Shown: piece after piece, positions 38,101-46,589 of the stretch | Layout of the letters: every line of letters starts with the position of its first letter | Numbering within the stretch: position 1 is the first letter of the stretch | DNA from: an uncultured bacterium | GTDB lineage: Bacteria; Actinomycetota; Acidimicrobiia; Spongiisociales; UBA5794 | Assembly (NCBI GenBank): GCA_963801165.1 | Contig: CAWDDT010000009.1 | Location: forward strand, 512,001 to 576,000 | Direction of reading: 5' to 3' | DNA length: 64,000 nucleotides | Notes under the pieces: model-generated | What the model was told of the DNA's origin: nothing | Database searches by the model: none | Seen by the model: only the letters and a program-made list of their open reading frames with translations | Position numbers and translations under genes: made by a program

Positions 38101-39214
38101 GCTCAGGTTGCTGCGTCGTCTCGGGGCCGAGCTCCAACACCGCAGGCAGACAATGGCGGACGGGATATCCGACCCCACGCAACATCCCACGATCGTCACT
38201 TTCCTGGACAACTTCGGAGGCTTCGCCGACAGCTACGGGGAGCCGGGGGACATGGCGGTTCACAACCTCCTCGCCCGGCTGATCGCCGATGGGCCGGGGG
38301 TGGGGATGATGACGATCATCACAGCCAAGCATCCTGGTGACGTTCCCACACGGATCGCGTCGACCGTGGGCAGCCGACTCGTGTTCCGCCTTGCCGATCG
38401 CTACGACTACAGCGGGCTCGGTGTTCCGCCCGTCGATCCGCCGAAGACACCGGGTCGGGCGTTCGAGTCCGGAAGCGGGCGCGAGGTTCAGGTGGCTCTG
38501 GCTCACCAGGACGGGCTGGGCGCGGCCATCGCTGCACATCCGCTGGCAGTGCCCGCCAACCCCCCGTGGCGTATCGACGTGCTCCCCAGCGAAGTCTCGA
38601 TCGCCACCTTCATCTCGCGGGGCCGGATTGCGTCGGACGAGTGGTATCTCCCACTCGGGATCGGGGACTCGTCGCTCGTGCCGGTCGGCCTCATGCTGAG
38701 AGACGGTGAGCATGCGCTGGTTGCCGGCCCGGCGCGCTCGGGAAAGACAACGGCGCTGGCCACGATCGCCGCCGTGGCCAAGGCCGCCGATCCGGGGCTG
38801 TATGTGGCCGCGATCACGCCCAGGCGCTCGACCCTCGGCGGCTGCCCGGCTGTTGACGCGGTCGTCGATCCGGGTGACCTTGCCACGTTTGCCAGGGCGT
38901 CGGTGCTGCTGCTTGTCGACGATGCCGAACTCGTGGACAACGGGGAGGGTCTCAGCAGGATCATCACCGAGCGCGACCCGTCAATCCGTATCGTCGCCGC
39001 CGGCAACGCCGACGCACTCCGCACCCGGTACGGTCACTGGACCCAGGAGCTGAGGCGGTCCCGCATCGGATGTGCGCTACGACCGAACCCGCTGGCCGAC
39101 GGCGATCTGTGGCAGACCCAGTTGCCCAGAGGAGATCAGCAGTCCTTCCCCGTTGGGCGCGGCTACCTGGTGTCGGACGGGCGGGTAGAGCTGGTGCAGC
39201 TCGGAAGAGATTGA
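35156..39214 (+). CDS. EccC/EssC-like FtsK/SpoIIIE multi-ATPase (type VII secretion coupling protein)
   Basis: N-terminal beta-rich (FHA-like) region, two TM helices, RLWERR, then GTTGSGKSE..LVDYKGG..IDEFA, GLPGSGTT and GPARSGKTT. Confidence 0.9.
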   Translation: MNLVVRWQGEEYEVSVDIGDESLPVGKMLGALLDVEPPLIAVDGRPLDPTTPIAEASLGDGTVIDASIEGDPRLVGVLLDVGGSRSFVVRQLRVGTLTIGAFPADVPVDTPGRVVLRADSGGAVFVRNIDGADARLGGSPVEPAETRVSPGSVLSLGRRSFAVSAEVECRQRHGVFNRPPRRVAGYRPAPLQPPLQPAQPAKPMRFGWGALIVPVILGLGMAVLISPRMAVFAIFSPAMLLANWFEDRRRARRERRETGEVFRDALTRFRSDVSHAHQLEVRYRQDSVASPDDLEMLARRADSRLWERRHGHDDFMAIPLGSGCLEWQPQWSGSPAQEASEVFAAFSQLHDVPVVVDLRAGDVVGVAGDRTTALGVMRQLVLQAAVHHGPADLSISVFTENAADWDWVKWLPHVDAGGRRRLAGSLGDIEDVLEMLPPGEEPADLRHLLLIDLPDLLTGPQALIRDVLKNGKKRGVTAVAVARRTLDLPSLATTIVALSPGRSHVRFPDGSEAPVAPWTISARRARRTGRALARIDDPETGGAGVNLPAVAHLGALLRLGDDPEAVIARRWRACGNCPVAPIGVSAEGLFSIDPVADGPHALLGGTTGSGKSELLRSLVASLAASASPTALNFVLVDYKGGSAFDACAALPHTVGLVTDLDEHLAGRALVCLESELRYREERLRNAGVSDISDLVAGETEPLPRLFVVIDEFAALATELPDFMNALVGIAQRGRSLGVHLLLATQRPNGVIDDKIKANTNLRMALRVQDAADSVDVIGTADAAAIARTQPGRALARLGPGDTVAFQTALVTGHSMAQQSVAVSACPFAFACEPPTPGNRATPEDEGPSDLELIVAAADSVAHRLHLPAARLPWPAPLPANVTLDDMPGMGVGGAVFAMADEPHRQRRVAAGWSPAAGNLLLYGLPGSGTTTAVATIAVTTARASDPNRLHMYVLDFDDQLLQPLRDLPQVGAVIAGSDRERQLRLLRRLGAELQHRRQTMADGISDPTQHPTIVTFLDNFGGFADSYGEPGDMAVHNLLARLIADGPGVGMMTIITAKHPGDVPTRIASTVGSRLVFRLADRYDYSGLGVPPVDPPKTPGRAFESGSGREVQVALAHQDGLGAAIAAHPLAVPANPPWRIDVLPSEVSIATFISRGRIASDEWYLPLGIGDSSLVPVGLMLRDGEHALVAGPARSGKTTALATIAAVAKAADPGLYVAAITPRRSTLGGCPAVDAVVDPGDLATFARASVLLLVDDAELVDNGEGLSRIITERDPSIRIVAAGNADALRTRYGHWTQELRRSRIGCALRPNPLADGDLWQTQLPRGDQQSFPVGRGYLVSDGRVELVQLGRD

Positions 39215-40623
39215 TCGTGTCCATCACCAACGCCATCGATCCCGATGGGCTCGTTGCCCTCGCCGACATTGCCGACCGATGCGCAGAGCAGATCGCCGTA
39301 CTCAGGAGAGGCACGACCGCCGTGCTGAGGCGGCATGCCGTCGCCGATGAGAGGGCCGTCGACTACCGGCTGGCGTCCGTGGGGACGAAGCTGGCGGTAC
39401 GCACGAACGAGCTGAGATTGCGCGCCGCGGTCATGGAGCGGACCCAGCAGATCTCCTTGTGCAGCCTCGACCTGTTCACGGACCACGGCCTTGGCCGGTT
39501 CGCCGCAACCGCCGTCTTCGACCCCGAGACGTGGCGCGGCGACTATGAGAAGTGGCGTCTCGCTCAGGTCGTTGGCGACCTGGGGGTGATGGATCCCCGG
39601 CGCCGGGCCAGGGCGTTTGCCACGATGACGGTGTCTGAGATGGCCGATCTGGTTCTGTCCTACCCGGAGGAGATCGGGGCGATGGACGGCGCGCCTGCGG
39701 CCCTTCGCTATACAGCGAACTGGAGACTGATCCGCAACGAGATCGAGCAACTCGAGGTGCTGGAATCCGAGCTGGCTTCCAATCGTTCACCGATCCGGGA
39801 CATGATGCTCGATCTAGTAGAGCAGAGGCGCAGCGAGTACCGGCGCTGGCTGGTCGAGAATCGGCAGATCCTGCTTTTTGACCCCTCCGGCGATGGGCGT
39901 GTGGTCGAGGTGTTTGGGGATCTCGCCGATGCCACCAGGGTTGCCGTGGTCGTGCCGGGGATGGCCAACAGCATCGACAACTTCAGCGATGGCGACGGCG
40001 GCTTTCGGCACAACGCCGCCGATCTCTATGCGGCATCCGAAAACCCGGAGATTGCCACCATCGCGTGGCTCGGGTACGACAGCCCGGACAACGTCGGCGC
40101 TATGTCACGGTCGGCGGCCGACCAGGGCGCTCCCGCACTGCAGAGTTTTCTGCAGGGCATAGACCCGGGGGATGATCGTGCGATCACGGTGATAGCCCAC
40201 AGCTACGGCTCGGTGCTCGCGGGGACCGCTGCTCGTACCGGGCTCGAGGCCAATGACCTGGTCTTCGTCGGCAGCCCGGGCACCACGCTGGACACCGCAG
40301 GCGACGCAGTGCTGCGCTCCGATGGTCGGGTATGGGTGGGGCTGGCCGACGGCGATCCGATCACGCTCGGCATCAACCCGAGAGAGCTGCCTCCCTGGTG
40401 GCTGCCGCCTCCGCTCTGGACCACCTGGATGGCGTTTGACATGTGGCACGGCGGCCCGGAGGAGCTCTGGTATGGAACCAATCCTGCCAGCGACGAGTTT
40501 GGTGCCGTACGGTTCGCCACCGACGGGTCGAACGGGCACTCGGAGTACTTCCGGGCCGAGGCTCTGGACAACCTCGCCATGATCGTCGAGGGCCGCTACG
40601 GCGACGTGGAGCTGGGGGGATGA
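39211..40623 (+). CDS. DUF1023 (Abhydrolase_8)-like alpha/beta hydrolase with helical N-terminus, putative T7SS effector
   Basis: FGDLADATRVAVVVPG, AWLGYDSP, AHSYGS, VGSPG, D.I and GHSEYF; TTGA overlap with the ATPase gene. Confidence 0.85.
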   Translation: MIVSITNAIDPDGLVALADIADRCAEQIAVLRRGTTAVLRRHAVADERAVDYRLASVGTKLAVRTNELRLRAAVMERTQQISLCSLDLFTDHGLGRFAATAVFDPETWRGDYEKWRLAQVVGDLGVMDPRRRARAFATMTVSEMADLVLSYPEEIGAMDGAPAALRYTANWRLIRNEIEQLEVLESELASNRSPIRDMMLDLVEQRRSEYRRWLVENRQILLFDPSGDGRVVEVFGDLADATRVAVVVPGMANSIDNFSDGDGGFRHNAADLYAASENPEIATIAWLGYDSPDNVGAMSRSAADQGAPALQSFLQGIDPGDDRAITVIAHSYGSVLAGTAARTGLEANDLVFVGSPGTTLDTAGDAVLRSDGRVWVGLADGDPITLGINPRELPPWWLPPPLWTTWMAFDMWHGGPEELWYGTNPASDEFGAVRFATDGSNGHSEYFRAEALDNLAMIVEGRYGDVELGG

Positions 40624-40707
40624 GCGCCGGGCTAGCCTCACGGCGATGAACGACGAACTTCCCGTTATGGAATTCGCCGACGCCCGCGAGCGGTCTCGAC
40701 CGCGGCG

Positions 40708-41340
40708 CTAGATCAGATCGCGGTCCTGCGCCCAGCGGGTCAGCTCGCGCCGGTTCGACAGCTGGAGCTTGCGCAACACGGCCGACATGTGGTTCTCGAC
40801 GGTCTTGGCGGAGATGAAGAGCTGCTCTCCTACTTCGCGATATGTGTAGCCGCGGGCGATGTGCTGCAGTACCTCGCGCTCCCGCTTGGTCAACTTGTCG
40901 AGCTCCGGGTCGAGACCTTTGACGTCCATCGTGGCGAACGCATCGAGGACGAATCCAGCCAGTTTGGGGGAGAAGACGGCATCGCCGTCGACGACCCGAC
41001 GGATCGCTTCGGCGAGATCGGCGGGAGACACCGTCTTGGTGACATAGCCGCGGGCCCCCGCACGCACCGTGGCCACGACATCTTCCGGAGCATCGGACGC
41101 GGAGATAGCGAGAAATGGGATGTCGGGGTGAGTGGCGTGGACCCCCTCGATTACCGCCCGGCCGCCTCCGTCTGGCATGTGCACGTCGACCAGAACCAGA
41201 TCGGGGCGGCGCTCCCGAATCATCTCGACGGCAGCCTCGACGTTGGAGGCATCACCCACGATCTCCAGGTCGTCCGGTAGCTCGGCTTTGACACCGGCGC
41301 GGAACAGGTCGTGATCATCGACGACGAAGACGCGGGTCAT
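40708..41340 (-). CDS. NarL/LuxR family response regulator
   Basis: VVDDH, DVHMP and LTKREREVL...GYTYREVG..LFISAKTVENH. Confidence 0.95.
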   Translation of the reverse strand: MTRVFVVDDHDLFRAGVKAELPDDLEIVGDASNVEAAVEMIRERRPDLVLVDVHMPDGGGRAVIEGVHATHPDIPFLAISASDAPEDVVATVRAGARGYVTKTVSPADLAEAIRRVVDGDAVFSPKLAGFVLDAFATMDVKGLDPELDKLTKREREVLQHIARGYTYREVGEQLFISAKTVENHMSAVLRKLQLSNRRELTRWAQDRDLI

Positions 41341-42464
41341 GGTCTCTCCACCGGTAGCCGGAGCCGGACCTCGGTGCCTTTGCCCGGGCCTGAGACTATC
41401 TCTGCTGTGCCGCCGTGACGTTCCATACGGTTGACGATAGATTCCCGGATTCCGCGACGTGACTCCGGGATCGCTGCCGGGTCGAATCCGGAGCCGCGGT
41501 CCTTGACGAACACGAGCACCTCCCCTTCGTTGGCCTCACCGTAGACGGAGATCGTGTCGACGCCTGCGTGCTTGCTTGCGTTGAGCACCGCCTCGCGGGC
41601 GGCTCGCACGATCGGGTCGAACTCACCGGTGCTGTCACCGACCACTACCACCTCCACGCTGGCATCCCCCCAATCTTCGATCTCGGAACATACTGCGGTC
41701 AGTGCGTCGCGGAAGCCGGGGCTGCCGTTTCCGTTGCCACGAGTTTCGGGGAACAGCCATCCCCGCAGCTCACGCTCCTGGTGGCGAGCCAATCCGCGGA
41801 TATCGGTGGTGGCGGCCGGGTCGCGCTGGATGAGGGCGAGTGTCTGCAGCACCGAATCGTGGAGATGCGCCGCCATCTCAGCGTGCTCTTCGGCCCGGAT
41901 GCGCTCGGTTCGTTCTTTCGCCAGAGCCGTCTCGGCGGCTGCTCGGCGCCGGTCGGCTGTGCGCAGTGCGGCTGCCACCCCCGCGGCCGCACCTACTGAG
42001 AACAGGTGGGCGATCGCGTTGGCAAAGTCCTGGGGATCCAGCCCACCGTCCCACGCCCGACCCAGCCCGGCACCCGTCAAGACCACGGCACCAACGGCGC
42101 CACCGGTCCAGCCGTAGGCGTAGATCGCCGAGAACGCCCCCACCAGCGGGTAGCCGCCGCCGAACTGGATGCTTCCCGCAAAATCACCGGCGACCACTGC
42201 CCAACACGAGATGGCGAGGTCGAGGGCTACGAACCACCACGTCGAGAGGAGTCGCGGGCGAGTCAGCCTCGCCAGGACGCTCGCAGCCGCCCACAGGAGA
42301 ACGAGTGCGATCGTGGCCATGACCACTCCGGGCCGATCGACCGGGGTCTTGGCGCTGCCGACGGTCACGCCACCGAGAATCGAGAGCCACATGGCGGCGA
42401 AGACACGGTAACCGGTGACGATCCACAGCAGCGTCTGCTCCAAAGCGGCGGGGCGTTGCTCCAT
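41337..42464 (-). CDS. membrane sensor histidine kinase
   Basis: AAHLHDSVLQTLALIQ, REAVLNASKHAG, DRGSGFD and GKGTEV. Confidence 0.92.
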   Translation of the reverse strand: MEQRPAALEQTLLWIVTGYRVFAAMWLSILGGVTVGSAKTPVDRPGVVMATIALVLLWAAASVLARLTRPRLLSTWWFVALDLAISCWAVVAGDFAGSIQFGGGYPLVGAFSAIYAYGWTGGAVGAVVLTGAGLGRAWDGGLDPQDFANAIAHLFSVGAAAGVAAALRTADRRRAAAETALAKERTERIRAEEHAEMAAHLHDSVLQTLALIQRDPAATTDIRGLARHQERELRGWLFPETRGNGNGSPGFRDALTAVCSEIEDWGDASVEVVVVGDSTGEFDPIVRAAREAVLNASKHAGVDTISVYGEANEGEVLVFVKDRGSGFDPAAIPESRRGIRESIVNRMERHGGTAEIVSGPGKGTEVRLRLPVERP

Positions 42465-42547
42465 GGGTGGAGCGTACCTCGGTCCGATGAACCCGGTTCG
42501 AACCCGGTGACAGGACACCCGTGTCTCGAGCACGTATCATTCGCCGT

Positions 42548-43375
42548 ATGACTCACCCAAGCGTGGCCATTCTGGGAGCCGGATCGATGGGGGAGATCCT
42601 CGCAGAAGGTCTCCTCAGGGCCGGTTGGGAGCTGGACAATCTGATCCTCCTGGTGCGGCGCGACGAACGCGCCCGCGAGGCGGAACGCCGCACGGGGATC
42701 CGGGCGACTCTCGACGCAGACGAGGCCGTTGCCGGTCGAGACGTCCTCGTCGTGGCCGTCAAGCCCAAGGATGTAGAAGGTCTGCTTGCTCAGATCAAGT
42801 CGAGTGTAAAACCGGGCCAGATCATCGTTTCTCTCGCCGCCGGCGTTCCCGTCGCCGTGTACGAGAACGCCATTCCGGACGTTGCCGTTGTCCGTTCCAT
42901 GCCCAACACCCCTGCCGCTGTCGACGAGGGGATGACCGCATACTGTGGCGGCACCCATGCGGGGGAGGAGGCCCTCATTCTGGCGGACATGGTGCTTGCG
43001 GCCGTGGGGGAGACCATCCGACTGTCCGAGGACCTGCTCGACGCGGTCACCGCAGTGTCGGGCACGGGTCCCGCCTATGTGTTCCTGCTGGCGGAGGCCC
43101 TGATCGAGGCTGCCATCCGCGAGGGTCTGCCGCATCATGCGGCCGAAAAGCTCGTCGTGCAGACACTGCGTGGGGCGGGAGCGCTGCTCTCGGTCTCCGA
43201 GAAGAGCGCGTTCCGGCTGCGGGCCGATGTCACGTCTCCGGGAGGGACGACGGCCGCAGCCATGCATGAGCTCGAAGACGGCGGATTCCGGGCCTTGCTG
43301 GAACGCGCGGTACAGGCGGCTGCGCAGCGGTCGCGGGAGCTCGGTGACGCCGCCCTGGAGAGATCGTCGCCGTGA
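42548..43375 (+). CDS. proC: pyrroline-5-carboxylate reductase
   Basis: LGAGSMG, RSMPNTP, TAVSGTGPAY and VTSPGGTT. Confidence 0.95.
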   Translation: MTHPSVAILGAGSMGEILAEGLLRAGWELDNLILLVRRDERAREAERRTGIRATLDADEAVAGRDVLVVAVKPKDVEGLLAQIKSSVKPGQIIVSLAAGVPVAVYENAIPDVAVVRSMPNTPAAVDEGMTAYCGGTHAGEEALILADMVLAAVGETIRLSEDLLDAVTAVSGTGPAYVFLLAEALIEAAIREGLPHHAAEKLVVQTLRGAGALLSVSEKSAFRLRADVTSPGGTTAAAMHELEDGGFRALLERAVQAAAQRSRELGDAALERSSP

Positions 43376-44286
43376 ACCCCGTCGGTCGTAGCCTGCTCGC
43401 AGTCACAAACACGGGTCTGGTCCGGCGCATGATCACTACAACCCGGCCCGGCCGGGCGCTGTCGACACGGTTCGTAGCCGGCGAAACGTTGCCAGACGCG
43501 GTGGCAGCGGCGAAGGCGCTGAATAGCAGGGGCGCCTCGGTGTCTCTCGATCATCTCGGCGAGCACGTCACCGACCTGGTGCAGGCCGAGCGTGCCCGTG
43601 ATGACTACCTGGCATGTCTCGATGCCATCGGCGAGCACGGCATCGACGGCAACATCTCGGTCAAGTTGTCCCAGCTCGGCATGGGGCTCGACGACGATCT
43701 GGCGACGGCATCGCTTGGCAGTCTGGCGGTTCGGGCGGCTGCAGTCGGTACCACCGTTTCGGTGGACATGGAGGAGAGCGCGGTTACAGGGCTCACCATC
43801 GACATCTATGCCGCCGTCCAGAGACAGCACGGAAACCTGGGCCTTGCCTTGCAGGCGTATCTGCGGCGGACGCCACAGGATCTAGATCGGGTCATGCCGC
43901 TCGGTGGCCATATCAGGCTGTGCAAGGGTGCCTACGCCGAGCCTGAGGATGTGGCATATCAATCTCGGGCCGAGGTGGATGCGGCCTTCGATCGGCTGGC
44001 GCACATCGTGATGGGCGACGACAAGGTGAAACCCGCAATAGCGTCGCACGACACTGCCCGGCTCGATGTGGCTGCGTCACTCGCCACGCAACGCACCGGG
44101 CTTTATGAATACCAGATGCTGTACGGCGTTCGTCCGGGTCTGCAGGACACGATGCTCGCAGCGGGTGATCCGCTCCGCATTTACGTCCCGTATGGCAAAG
44201 CCTGGTATCCCTACCTCACGAGGCGGATGGCGGAACGCCCGGCCAACATGATGTTCTTCGCCAGAGCACTGGTGTCCCGCAACTGA
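43372..44286 (+). CDS. monofunctional proline dehydrogenase
   Basis: RFVAGE, SVKLSQLG, DMEES, RLCKGAY and YVPYG..WYPY..RRMAERP. Confidence 0.95.
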   Translation: MNPVGRSLLAVTNTGLVRRMITTTRPGRALSTRFVAGETLPDAVAAAKALNSRGASVSLDHLGEHVTDLVQAERARDDYLACLDAIGEHGIDGNISVKLSQLGMGLDDDLATASLGSLAVRAAAVGTTVSVDMEESAVTGLTIDIYAAVQRQHGNLGLALQAYLRRTPQDLDRVMPLGGHIRLCKGAYAEPEDVAYQSRAEVDAAFDRLAHIVMGDDKVKPAIASHDTARLDVAASLATQRTGLYEYQMLYGVRPGLQDTMLAAGDPLRIYVPYGKAWYPYLTRRMAERPANMMFFARALVSRN

Positions 44287-44334
44287 GCCGTAGGGACGAG
44301 TGACCCGGTTCGGCACCGCATGTACGATGGGCCC

Positions 44335-45618
44335 ATGAATTCGCTACGCCGTACCGGCATTATCTCGCTCGTCGCCGCGCTCGTCGTGCTTCTCGGAGCG
44401 GCGGGCGCTCTTGCCGCCTCCGCTTCCGACGTTGCAGACGAGGTGTCACAAACCGGATTCCATCTCGAGGGGAACGTGTCGATCACCGCAAGCGATGCGT
44501 CGGCGGTCGTCACCGCAGCTCGCAACAACGGATCGCGGTTCTACCTGATCGTGCTCCAGGATGCCCCGCCGGGTGGCGACACGACTTTTGCCGAGGCGGT
44601 CCTCGACGACCTGAACGTCGACGGGGGGACTGTGCTGGTTCTGTCGCAGGATGATGTCGGCTGGGTGACTGACAACGACGTGGTGACCGAAGCCGACATG
44701 GACGCCGCGTTCAGCTATGCCAACGATCAGGGTGGCAACGACGCAGACTATGCGGCCGCATTTGTCGTTGGTCTCTTCGGTGCCCAGGTGCCGGCAACGA
44801 CCGAGGCTGCTCCCGCAACCACGGCCGCCGCCTCGTCGTCGAGCGCAGGCTCCTCGGGAGGAGGATCGGGGATCATCTGGTTCCTCGTGTTCATCGTCGC
44901 CATCGGTTTGCTTCTGTTCTGGCTGGTCCGCCGCGGCAATAAGCGGAGCGCCAACGCTGCGGCAGAACAGATTGCCAAAGCGCGGGCGGCGGTACAGAAG
45001 CAGGTCGATGCGATCGCCAACGACATCCTCGACATGGAGGACGAGGTGCGCGTTGCCGACAACCAGGAGGTTCACCAGCTCTACGACCAGGCGAGCGAGA
45101 CGTACCGGACGCTCGAAGACCGGCTCCAGCAGGCGGATACGCCACAGGAGCTGGTCGATATCTCCAACGATCTCGACGTCGCCATCTGGCAACTCGACTG
45201 CGCCGAGGCGGTTCTAGACGGTAAACCAAAGCCGCCCAAGCCCGAGCAGAAGATTCTGGAACCGCCCGCACCCGCCCCCGGCGATCGGGTAACGATTCCG
45301 GCCCCACGTCCCGATTACCAGCGGCGCCCGTCGCGGCGTAGCTCCTACATGGGGCCGGGGATGATGGACATCCTCATCGGCGTTGCCGGTCAGGTGCTGG
45401 CGGGCGGGTCCATGGGTCGCCGCCGCGGCGGCGGTCTTGGCTCGATGGGTGGTTTGTTCGGCACCAGCAACAGGCGGAACTCACCCCCGCGGTCCAGCGG
45501 TGGCGGCGGTGTGATTCCCGGCCCGGGATCGCCGGTGCGTCGCAGCTCGCCTCGTAGCTCGGCCCGGCGCAGCAGCGGCGGGCGCTCCCGTGGTGGTGGG
45601 AGACGCCGGCATCGTTGA
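44335..45618 (+). CDS. TPM-like extracellular domain membrane protein with coiled region and Gly/Arg-rich tail
   Basis: Signal peptide, TPM-like domain and TM helix; lies upstream of pspA. Confidence 0.6.
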   Translation: MNSLRRTGIISLVAALVVLLGAAGALAASASDVADEVSQTGFHLEGNVSITASDASAVVTAARNNGSRFYLIVLQDAPPGGDTTFAEAVLDDLNVDGGTVLVLSQDDVGWVTDNDVVTEADMDAAFSYANDQGGNDADYAAAFVVGLFGAQVPATTEAAPATTAAASSSSAGSSGGGSGIIWFLVFIVAIGLLLFWLVRRGNKRSANAAAEQIAKARAAVQKQVDAIANDILDMEDEVRVADNQEVHQLYDQASETYRTLEDRLQQADTPQELVDISNDLDVAIWQLDCAEAVLDGKPKPPKPEQKILEPPAPAPGDRVTIPAPRPDYQRRPSRRSSYMGPGMMDILIGVAGQVLAGGSMGRRRGGGLGSMGGLFGTSNRRNSPPRSSGGGGVIPGPGSPVRRSSPRSSARRSSGGRSRGGGRRRHR

Positions 45619-45687
45619 CTTTCCGACTAATCCAAGGCCGTTGGCAAACATCTACAATTCGCAATACGGAACAACGGAAGGAAACAA

Positions 45688-46476
45688 ATGAGCTTTCTAA
45701 AGCGCCTGTGGGGATACCTCTCGACCCTGTTCAAGGGCGGCGCCGAGAAGTTGATGAAGCCCGAGGTCGAGATCGAGCAGGCGATCAACGAGGCCCAGAA
45801 GCGGGACCAGGAGCTGCGTAATCAGGCTGCCAAGGTAGTTGCCCATCGCACACAGCTCGAGTCGAAGATGGGGAACGCCGCCGACGATGTCGGCGAGGCC
45901 CGGGAGATGGCCAAGCAGGCGATCCTCAAGGCTGAGGAAGCCAAGACGGCGGGCGACGCCGCCGGCCAGGACAAGTGGACCAAGGCAGCTCAGTCGATCG
46001 CCATGAAGCTTCAGGCAGCCGAGAACAACATGGCGACGCTCAAGGAGCAGTACGCGACCGCCACCACCCAGGCGGACAAGGCCAAGAAGGCGGTCCAGCA
46101 GAACGCGATGCGCGTCTCGGAGTTGGCCGCCAAGCGCATGGAGCTGCTGGGATCGCTCGAAGCCGCCAAGATGCAGGAGTCGGTCAACCAGGCCGTCGAC
46201 GCCATGTCCAACATGAGCGACTACGAGGCGCCTTCACTCGACAAGATCGAGGAGAAGATCGAGAAGCGCAAGGCCGAGGCAATGGCCAAGGCCGAGCTGC
46301 GCGATGCGACACCTGAAGGCTCGGAGATGGAGCTCAAGGAGGCCATCAACATGGTTCAGGCCGATGCCAAGCTCGAGGAGCTGAAGGCTGAGCTGGGTCT
46401 CAGTGGGAGCGGTGGGAACACCGGGACCAGCGCTACCGGCGATATCAGCGATATCAGCGGTACCAGCGGGAGCTGA
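45688..46476 (+). CDS. pspA: PspA/IM30 family protein
   Basis: MSFLKRLW amphipathic helix, P.V.IEQAI.E, long coiled coil and PSLD.I..KIE.R. Confidence 0.9.
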   Translation: MSFLKRLWGYLSTLFKGGAEKLMKPEVEIEQAINEAQKRDQELRNQAAKVVAHRTQLESKMGNAADDVGEAREMAKQAILKAEEAKTAGDAAGQDKWTKAAQSIAMKLQAAENNMATLKEQYATATTQADKAKKAVQQNAMRVSELAAKRMELLGSLEAAKMQESVNQAVDAMSNMSDYEAPSLDKIEEKIEKRKAEAMAKAELRDATPEGSEMELKEAINMVQADAKLEELKAELGLSGSGGNTGTSATGDISDISGTSGS

Positions 46477-46494
46477 ATCCGATCTGCAACCTCT

Positions 46495-46534
46495 AGGAAA
46501 GGCCCCCGGTGACGCCCGGGGGTCTTTCCTTTTT
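46495..46534 (+). terminator. rho-independent terminator after pspA
   Basis: AGGAAAGGCCCCCGG / CCGGGGGTCTTTCCT stem followed by a T tract. Confidence 0.8.
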
Positions 46535-46589
46535 GCCGATCCGGCAAGAGACTCGATCGGGTAGGAGATCCCCAAACTCTAACCGTCAA

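Noticed and set aside
31953-40623. Integrative conjugative element or prophage
   Set aside because: No integrase, relaxase, VirB4, att repeats or phage genes were seen; the FtsK protein has multi-domain EccC/EssC architecture rather than a single TraB domain.
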